From Gemmatimonadota bacterium (GTDB lineage Bacteria > Gemmatimonadota > Gemmatimonadetes > Palauibacterales > Palauibacteraceae): 64,000 nt of DNA. Where the stretch lies: NCBI GenBank assembly GCA_039585235.1, contig JBDGWG010000001.1, positions 1,022-65,021 of the forward strand, given 5' to 3'. Every line of letters starts with the position of its first letter. Positions within the stretch are counted from its first letter, which is position 1. Of this stretch, positions 16,017 to 22,130 are shown one piece after another. Below the pieces are notes generated by a model. That model did not search any database, was not told the origin of the DNA, and was given only the letters and a program-made list of their open reading frames with translations. Position numbers and translations under genes: made by a program.

Positions 16017-17278
16017 TCTCCGGGACCCTCCTCCCCCGCCTCGGCTTCCGCCGCTTCACCCTCAGCCTCATCGACCGGTTCTGACGAGGGCGGCGCAGGG
16101 ATGGCCCTTTCCTCCAGGATGCGGGACTCGACCCCGGCGCTCGGTGTGACCGAATCGACGCGGCTGCCGAGCGCCCAGAACACGAGAAAACCGAGGAAGA
16201 AAGCCAGACCGATCGCCGCCGCCACAGGACGCTTGCGCAAGGCAGCCGCACTGCCCCGGTCGACGAGCGGGAGAAGCACGAGCATCATGCCGAGCGCCGA
16301 GAAGCCAACGAAGCCCCACACCCCCAGGTAACGGATCAACCCGAGCGACACGTCGACCACGATCCACGTCGACACCAGCTCTCCCGGGAGCTCGAACGGA
16401 GTTGCTGGGTCTCCGACGGGCCGTGGGAACAGCGCGGCGAGCGAGATCGCAATGGCCAGTACGAGGGCGCTCACGATCACGATGCGCAGAAGATGGTTGG
16501 GGAAGAACGGCACGCCCCCTCCATCCCGTTCGGCGAAGCCCGGTGGTGGGGCGACCCCGTGCTTGCGGACCACCACGAAGTGCAGCACCAGGAGTCCGAA
16601 TACGAACCAGGGCAGCACGATTACGTGCAGCGCGAAGAAGCGGCTCAGCGTTGCGCCGGACACGAACACGTCACCCGTCAGGAAGCTGGCTGCTGCTCCC
16701 CCGATCAGTGGTGCGGAGCGCGCGACATCCATCACCTCGGTAGTCGTCCAGTAGGCCCACTGGTCCCAAGGGAGGAGGTAACCCGTCGCCCCAAAGGCCA
16801 GCACGCCGAACAGGAGCAGGACGCCCACCAGCCAGCTCGTCTCCCTCGGCGGCTTGTAGGCGCCGGCGAAGAAGACGCGGGCCATGTGCGCCATGAGCGC
16901 CACGACGATCAGGTTGGCCGACCACACGTGCAGGTCGCGCAACAGCCACCCGAAGGGGACCTCCGTCGCGATGTACTGTATGCTATGGTAGGCCTCGTCG
17001 ACGGACGGACGGTAGTAGAAGGAGAGCAGAACCCCCGAAGCGACGAGGACCATGAACAGAAGATACGCGACTCCACCGAACGCGTGTTTCCAACTCACAT
17101 ATGAGGGCAGACGTCGGCTCCAGGCCTCACGCAACGCTTCGTCGATGGGAAGGCTTCGGTCGATCCGTCCGTACAGGAGGCCGACCAGCCGGAGGCCGGC
17201 GAGCAGGCTTGCGTCCGTGCTCTCCTTGATGTCGGCTCCGATCTGTCTGAGCCAGGTGCGCCCCCGTTTCTCTGCCAT
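16013..17278 (-). CDS. petB: Cytochrome b (second bc-type complex)
   Basis: 421 aa, polytopic, with the conserved His quartet (LHVWSANLIVVALMAHMARVFF; FALHVIVLPWFVFGLLVLHFVVV) and a Glu/Ala-rich acidic C-terminal tail. Confidence 0.9.
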   Translation of the reverse strand: MAEKRGRTWLRQIGADIKESTDASLLAGLRLVGLLYGRIDRSLPIDEALREAWSRRLPSYVSWKHAFGGVAYLLFMVLVASGVLLSFYYRPSVDEAYHSIQYIATEVPFGWLLRDLHVWSANLIVVALMAHMARVFFAGAYKPPRETSWLVGVLLLFGVLAFGATGYLLPWDQWAYWTTTEVMDVARSAPLIGGAAASFLTGDVFVSGATLSRFFALHVIVLPWFVFGLLVLHFVVVRKHGVAPPPGFAERDGGGVPFFPNHLLRIVIVSALVLAIAISLAALFPRPVGDPATPFELPGELVSTWIVVDVSLGLIRYLGVWGFVGFSALGMMLVLLPLVDRGSAAALRKRPVAAAIGLAFFLGFLVFWALGSRVDSVTPSAGVESRILEERAIPAPPSSEPVDEAEGEAAEAEAGEEGPGE

Positions 17279-17287
17279 GTCCTTACC

Positions 17288-17740
17288 TCAGTCCCGCGTC
17301 ACGTATACGGCGCCGTCCCTCACGAAGACGTCGTAGCGCTGAAGCGGCTCGGTCGTAAGGCCCTCGACCGCCTGGCCGCGAAGGTTGTACAACATGTGCC
17401 CGCAAGGTGAGGTCACGCGCATGGCCGCGGCGTCCCACTCGAGTAGGCACCCGTCCACTGGAGATGCCCCCTGGAGCGCCGCAAAATTGCTCTCACCGCT
17501 CCGCACCACGAGGATGGCCTGCTCCCCCCAGCTTGCCATGCGGCTGCTGCCTACGGTGAAGTCCTCGGCGCGCGCCACCCGGACTGCTACCTCGCGCTGT
17601 GCTATGATCAAGTGCTCCGGGGGGACGGTGTAGATCGCCGCGATCGCCGCCGCGATCAGGAACACGACGCCGAGTACGGCATTCAACAAGAACGTGCCGA
17701 AGTCGCGCTTGCGACCCGGTTCCGAGTGCTCTGGAGACAT
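17288..17740 (-). CDS. Rieske-fold protein with degenerate [2Fe-2S] ligand boxes, TM-anchored
   Basis: 151 aa from the internal ATG at 17740 (MSPEHSEPGRKRDFGTFLLNAVLGVVFLIAAAIAAIY...). The C-terminal half aligns with the canonical Rieske at 1937-2389, but box I reads SPVDGC (canonical CTHLDC) and box II reads SPCGHM (canonical CACHNGH), so two or three of the four cluster ligands are missing. Sits immediately upstream of the cytochrome b gene, as petA does. Confidence 0.55.
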   Translation of the reverse strand: MSPEHSEPGRKRDFGTFLLNAVLGVVFLIAAAIAAIYTVPPEHLIIAQREVAVRVARAEDFTVGSSRMASWGEQAILVVRSGESNFAALQGASPVDGCLLEWDAAAMRVTSPCGHMLYNLRGQAVEGLTTEPLQRYDVFVRDGAVYVTRD

Positions 17741-17997
17741 TGGGCTCGCAGCCTCGATAGTTGATCGCCCCGGTCGGGAAGAATCAGCAGCTCCCCCGGG
17801 CGGCTCGTGCGGGCGCTGAAAAGCTACGGCCGGTGGGGACACGATGCCAGAACGTCGGTTGGCCTGTGGAACGCGTCCAAACTCGCGTGGGGGGACGCGG
17901 TGTCCTAATTTCAAAACCACTTCGGTCGAGCGCCGGGAGAGGCTTTGTGCGTTTTCGTGCGCGCCTGGCGTGATACCAATCGCAAGGAGAGCGTAGG

Positions 17998-18384
17998 ATG
18001 ATTCGAAATGTCGTGATCACCGCCGCCGCGCTGCTGTTCGTCGCGGCCGGCTCGGCCTTCGCACAGGACGCGAAGCCGCCGGTCATGTCGCATGACCTAG
18101 AGGGCAAAGACAACTGCGTCATGTGTCACTCGGGGGCGATGGAGGGCATTCCGGCGCAGCCGGCGGACCATGAAGGTCGTGCGGTCGAGACGTGCGTCCA
18201 GTGCCATGCAGCCGACGCCGAGATGCAAACGTCTACCGCGAATGCAATTCCTCATGACCTGGAAGGCAAGGACAACTGCTCCATGTGCCATTCCGGGGCA
18301 ATGGAAGGCATGCCAGCGGCTCCGGCGAGCCACGAGGGCCGGGGAGCTGACACCTGTGAGATGTGCCACAAGCCGGCCGGCTGA
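17998..18384 (+). CDS. Small periplasmic tetraheme cytochrome c built from a tandem duplication
   Basis: 128 aa with a signal peptide (AALLFVAAGSAFAQD) and four CXXCH. Two ~45-aa repeats are nearly identical (HDLEGKDNCVMCHSGAMEGIPAQPADHEGRAVETCVQCH / HDLEGKDNCSMCHSGAMEGMPAAPASHEGRGADTCEMCH). Good SD AAGGAG 8 nt upstream of the ATG. Confidence 0.85.
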   Translation: MIRNVVITAAALLFVAAGSAFAQDAKPPVMSHDLEGKDNCVMCHSGAMEGIPAQPADHEGRAVETCVQCHAADAEMQTSTANAIPHDLEGKDNCSMCHSGAMEGMPAAPASHEGRGADTCEMCHKPAG

Positions 18385-18433
18385 CAACGGCAGGCAGGCT
18401 GTCGAAGAAGGCAAAGAAGCCCTTTCCTGAACG

Positions 18434-18472
18434 GAGAGACCCGCGGAAGCCACAGGCCTCCGCGGGTCTCTC
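18434..18472. terminator. Bidirectional intrinsic-terminator-like hairpin between convergent cytochrome genes
   Basis: Perfect 14-bp stem GAGAGACCCGCGGA / TCCGCGGGTCTCTC with an 11-nt loop, followed by a C/T-rich tract (gtcttcctc). Lies between the stop of 17998-18384 (+) and the stop of 18522-20006 (-). Confidence 0.55.
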
Positions 18473-18521
18473 GTCTTCCTCGATCTGACGACCCGTGCTG
18501 CCGGGCCGCCTGCCTGTGAGC

Positions 18522-20006
18522 TTACGGCGCGCTCACGCCGTACTCGTCCTCGACGGCGACGATGCTCGCTTCCAGCAGGTCCCTGATCCACGGTGGGTTG
18601 TGGGTCGTAGAGCCATACACATCCCCGCCATGGGTTGCCAGGTGGTAGTTGAAGAAGCCACCCTCGGCCACGGTGAACGTGGAGACGGTCGCGTCGATCT
18701 CGCCGCCCGGCTCGTCGAGATTGGGATCCACCTGCTCGAGCAGGGCGAGCAAAATGTCCGCCTGTGCGCGCGCGAAATCGGCCCTGACGTTCAGGATCGC
18801 GGCGGCGCCGTCCTCAGATGAGTGACAACCGGAGTCCACGCAACCCACGAATGATCGAGCCTCGGTCGTGACCGCACAGTCTGTCTCTCCGTCCGGGATG
18901 CCGTTCTCGTCCACGCAGGGGATGGCGTCGAACGTGTGCCCCACCGACTGGAACTGGAATTCGCCAGTGGCCTCGTCGGTGACCGTGTACATAGCCACGT
19001 GGCACGTCGCGCACAGCTTCTCGTTGCTGGTCGATCCGTGTGTCGCGACGACCGAACCGAGAGCCAGGCCGGAACCTGGCGGAATCCAGCCGGCCTCTCC
19101 AATCAGCAGTTCGGCCTCGGGAGCGTGCGGCTCGAGGCCGTGTGACGAGTTGGGATCCGCGACCGAACGTCGGTTGTGGCACCGCGCGCACAGGTGAACC
19201 TGCACGTCCGGCGTGGCCACCGGGAATCGAAGCTGACCATCGAAAGTGGCGTCATGCATCGAGTGGCACACGCCACAGACCACCGCGAGGGGTTCCTCGC
19301 TGTCCCTTTCCAAGTAGTCCGAGCGGACGCCCCAGGCCAGCAACGTGCCCTGGCCCCGGTGGCAACCGGCGCACTCGAGGTTGCTGGCCGCGAAACCGAC
19401 GACCTCGGAGTGTTTCGACAGCTCCCACTGCTCGACGAAGGGGTGATGCGTCCCGTTATGGCATTCACCGCATCCGTTCGTCAGGTCCGTGCCCACTGCC
19501 AGCGATGGGAGCGGCTTGGTTGCTTCGGGGTTGAGCACGTGAGCCTCGCCGGCGCCGTGACACGACTCGCATTGCACGTCGATGTATCGAAGCGTGTCGC
19601 CGGTGGCGGTGAAGGCCACGTCCTCGGTTTCCGCGTTGCCGAGCTGGCTGACCGTATGGCAGGCCTTGCAGAACTTCTGTGCATGTCCGCTCTCTTGCAG
19701 CCCCTCCCACGCCCTCGCGTGTGCCGTCGCCATCCAGCTGGAGCTCGGAGTCGCATGGCACTGCGCACAGGTCGGGTCGCCCACGCGACCCTGCACATAG
19801 CCGAGGAAGCCCCCGGCCTCCACGGGCGGGTCATCGCCGAACGGACGGTCGTTGAACACGGTGTCCTCGTCCACGCAGCCGCCCGCTAGAACGGCAAGGA
19901 AGAGCACGGCGAGGCTGGCTCTCACGGTCCGACGGAAGGAGCCGCGACGGAAGTCGGAGTCGCCCACGGTGACCTCTCCTGAAGTTGAAACTGCCGGGTC
20001 CGGCAC
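18522..20006 (-). CDS. Lipoprotein multiheme c-type cytochrome (8 CXXCH + 1 CX4CH)
   Basis: Lipoprotein signal RASLAVLFLAVLAGGC (lipobox LAGGC). Motifs are CAQCH, CKACH, CESCH, CGECH, CAGCH, CGVCH, CARCH, CATCH plus CVDSGCH. Confidence 0.85.
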   Translation of the reverse strand: MPDPAVSTSGEVTVGDSDFRRGSFRRTVRASLAVLFLAVLAGGCVDEDTVFNDRPFGDDPPVEAGGFLGYVQGRVGDPTCAQCHATPSSSWMATAHARAWEGLQESGHAQKFCKACHTVSQLGNAETEDVAFTATGDTLRYIDVQCESCHGAGEAHVLNPEATKPLPSLAVGTDLTNGCGECHNGTHHPFVEQWELSKHSEVVGFAASNLECAGCHRGQGTLLAWGVRSDYLERDSEEPLAVVCGVCHSMHDATFDGQLRFPVATPDVQVHLCARCHNRRSVADPNSSHGLEPHAPEAELLIGEAGWIPPGSGLALGSVVATHGSTSNEKLCATCHVAMYTVTDEATGEFQFQSVGHTFDAIPCVDENGIPDGETDCAVTTEARSFVGCVDSGCHSSEDGAAAILNVRADFARAQADILLALLEQVDPNLDEPGGEIDATVSTFTVAEGGFFNYHLATHGGDVYGSTTHNPPWIRDLLEASIVAVEDEYGVSAP

Positions 20007-20174
20007 GACGCCGGCCCGACGCGTCGACGTTCTTACAAAAGCTGGCCCCTCGCCGGCGAATGTGCAAGCTTCCGGTCGTCAACTCCGCGTCGGTTCGCCA
20101 GAGGTTGCGTCAGGCCACGGGGCGGCGAGATTCAAGCCTCCGAGGAACGATGCGGCGGAAGCGGAGAAGCGCGA

Positions 20175-20402
20175 ATGAGTGACCGAACTTTCCTGATACT
20201 TCTGATAGTTGCAAGCGCGTTGGCGCTGGCGATCGGCGTGTGGATCGGCCTCGGCTACCCGGGACTGTACGATCGTTACGAGGACACCGGCGCGAAGGCC
20301 CCCCGGAAGGCTCCCATCCGCATCCTCCTCGATCGGTTCGGGGGTTCCCGGCGCAGGGGGAGCGGTCGAAGGCCCGGAACCGGGCGGTGGTCCCGCCGGT
20401 GA
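20175..20402 (+). CDS. Small membrane protein (one TM) possibly translationally coupled to the CDF transporter
   Basis: MSDRTFLILLIVASALALAIGVWIGLGY is a clean TM helix, with a GGAG SD 6 nt upstream. The TGA overlaps the candidate GTG start of the CDF gene (gGTGA). The C-terminal half is Arg/Gly-rich low complexity, so the call is uncertain. Confidence 0.3.
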   Translation: MSDRTFLILLIVASALALAIGVWIGLGYPGLYDRYEDTGAKAPRKAPIRILLDRFGGSRRRGSGRRPGTGRWSRR

Positions 20403-21292
20403 TCGAAGACCGACACGTCGCCGTTCGACGAGTCCTGTGGGCCGTTCTTTTCGCCAACCTCGTTGTGATTGCCGCCAAAGTATGGGTTGGCGTGCGCTCC
20501 GGATCGCTGGCCGTCCTCGGAGACGCCGCACACTCCGGCGTGGACGCTCTCAACAACGTGGTCGGGCTCGCGGCCGTGAAAGTTGCGTCAGCCCCCCCGG
20601 ACGAGGAGCATCCCTACGGCCACGCCAAGTTCGAGGTGCTCGGCGCGCTGGCTGTCGTCGCATTCCTGTCCATCACCTGCTTCGAGCTGGTGAGCGCTGC
20701 GATCGGCAGGCTGCTCGGAGATCCGGCACCGCCCCGCCTCGAGGCCCTCACGTTCGTGGTCCTCGCCGCGACCATGGTGATCAACGTCGCCGTGGCCCGG
20801 ACGGAGAATCGAGCAGGTAAGCGGTTGAACAGCGTCCTCCTGGCCGCCGACGCCCGCCACACGGGCGCCGATGTGCTGGTCACTGCCTCCGTCCTCGGCG
20901 GCCTGTTCATGGTGAGCCGAGGCTGGTCGGCCGCTGACGCGTGGCTCGGGATCATCGTCGCCGTTCTCATCGCGCGAAGCGGTTGGGAGATCCTGCAGCA
21001 CTCCGTTCCCCCCCTCGTGGATCGCGCCGCCGTGGAGGCAACCAGGATTCGCCGATTCGTCTCAGACGTTCCGGGCGTGCGCAACGTCACCGATGTGCGG
21101 AGCCGAGGGGACCTCGAGGGTGCCGCGTTCATCGAGCTCACCGTCGAGGTGGAGGGCGAGAACAGTGTGGCGGACGGTCACCGAATTGCCGATGCCGTGG
21201 AGCGGAAACTCGTTCAGGAAGGGGGCTTCTCAACGGCCGTGGTGCACGTCGAACCGTGGGGCAGGAACGACAGCGAGACCAGTGTACGCTGA
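20399..21292 (+). CDS. Cation diffusion facilitator (CDF) family divalent-metal efflux transporter
   Basis: Six TM helices with CDF signature blocks (SGSLAVLGDAAHSGVDALNNVVGL; HPYGHAKFEVLGALAVVAFL) and a C-terminal cytoplasmic domain. The ORF track starts at 20240 in an Arg-rich leader; the GTG at 20399 gives a typical ~297-aa CDF. Confidence 0.75.
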   Translation: MIEDRHVAVRRVLWAVLFANLVVIAAKVWVGVRSGSLAVLGDAAHSGVDALNNVVGLAAVKVASAPPDEEHPYGHAKFEVLGALAVVAFLSITCFELVSAAIGRLLGDPAPPRLEALTFVVLAATMVINVAVARTENRAGKRLNSVLLAADARHTGADVLVTASVLGGLFMVSRGWSAADAWLGIIVAVLIARSGWEILQHSVPPLVDRAAVEATRIRRFVSDVPGVRNVTDVRSRGDLEGAAFIELTVEVEGENSVADGHRIADAVERKLVQEGGFSTAVVHVEPWGRNDSETSVR

Positions 21293-21304
21293 TCGAAACC
21301 GGTC

Positions 21305-21940
21305 CTACTGCTCCAGCGGCGCCACCTCCCACCGGCACGAGTCGTCTCCACGACTCTCGCAGGACGGATGGTGCACCGGCGTCGATTCTCCGAGGCCGTG
21401 GGCGCACGCCGTGAACGCCGCCGTGATGATCCCACAGGCGGATCCCGTATCGTCCACGACCGCCGGGAGGCAGCAGGCCACGGAGATGGACGGATCCGCC
21501 CGATCGAATCGGATGGCACTGCCGGGGCTAAGGGAAGCGGCCACCCGGCTGAGGTGGCGAAGCAACGATCGCGTGCGGAATCTGGCGGGAGCCAGACGTC
21601 TCGCGAGGCCTGCGGCGCGTGGAGTCCGGGAAACGTACTCCGACCCGAGTCGGTCGCCCGCGGCCTCGAACACCATCCGCGCGTCCGGTCGGCGAGCGAT
21701 GAGGCGCAGAAGATCCAGGAACTCGCTGGCCTCCAGCTGACGCCGGCGTTTGTTCATATCGGCGTAGCGACGCATCTGCCCGTCGATCACGTCACTCAAG
21801 CCAAGGCGTCGCGGAAGACTGACGCGAAACGCCTCGTCCTCGAGCACCTCGGCCGGAGTGTCCACGTCGCGCAGGGACTCGAGCAGCACCAGCGCCACGC
21901 TGGGGCTGAGCCAGCCGTCGATTTCCGCTGTTGGTTTCAT
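21305..21940 (-). CDS. Hypothetical protein, possible V4R-type (Cys-containing small-molecule-binding) C-terminal domain
   Basis: Internal ATG at 21940 (MKPTAEIDGWLSPSVALVLLESLRDV...). C-terminal Cys pattern CCLPAVVDDTGSACGIITAAFTACAHGLGE. The upstream 80 aa of the listed ORF looks non-coding. Confidence 0.4.
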   Translation of the reverse strand: MKPTAEIDGWLSPSVALVLLESLRDVDTPAEVLEDEAFRVSLPRRLGLSDVIDGQMRRYADMNKRRRQLEASEFLDLLRLIARRPDARMVFEAAGDRLGSEYVSRTPRAAGLARRLAPARFRTRSLLRHLSRVAASLSPGSAIRFDRADPSISVACCLPAVVDDTGSACGIITAAFTACAHGLGESTPVHHPSCESRGDDSCRWEVAPLEQ

Positions 21941-22130
21941 ATAGGAGCCTACGCTAGGGAGGACATGGGGTTGGAGCAAGACTAGCCCCGCGGTCCATTC
22001 AGCTTGTGACCCGGGAAGGGCCGTCCCATAATCCCCCGCTCGACTTACGAGCGCTTTGGGCCGGGTCGTTCGGAACCCGGCGGTGTTTACAGTACGGACC
22101 CAACCAGGCCGGATGATCCGGCAGTGAGAC

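Noticed and set aside
22040-22130. Possible T-box or attenuator leader upstream of leuS
   Set aside because: No specifier-loop or T-box consensus (AATTAGGGTGGNACCGCG-like) was recognisable, and the region is only ~190 bp and GC-rich.
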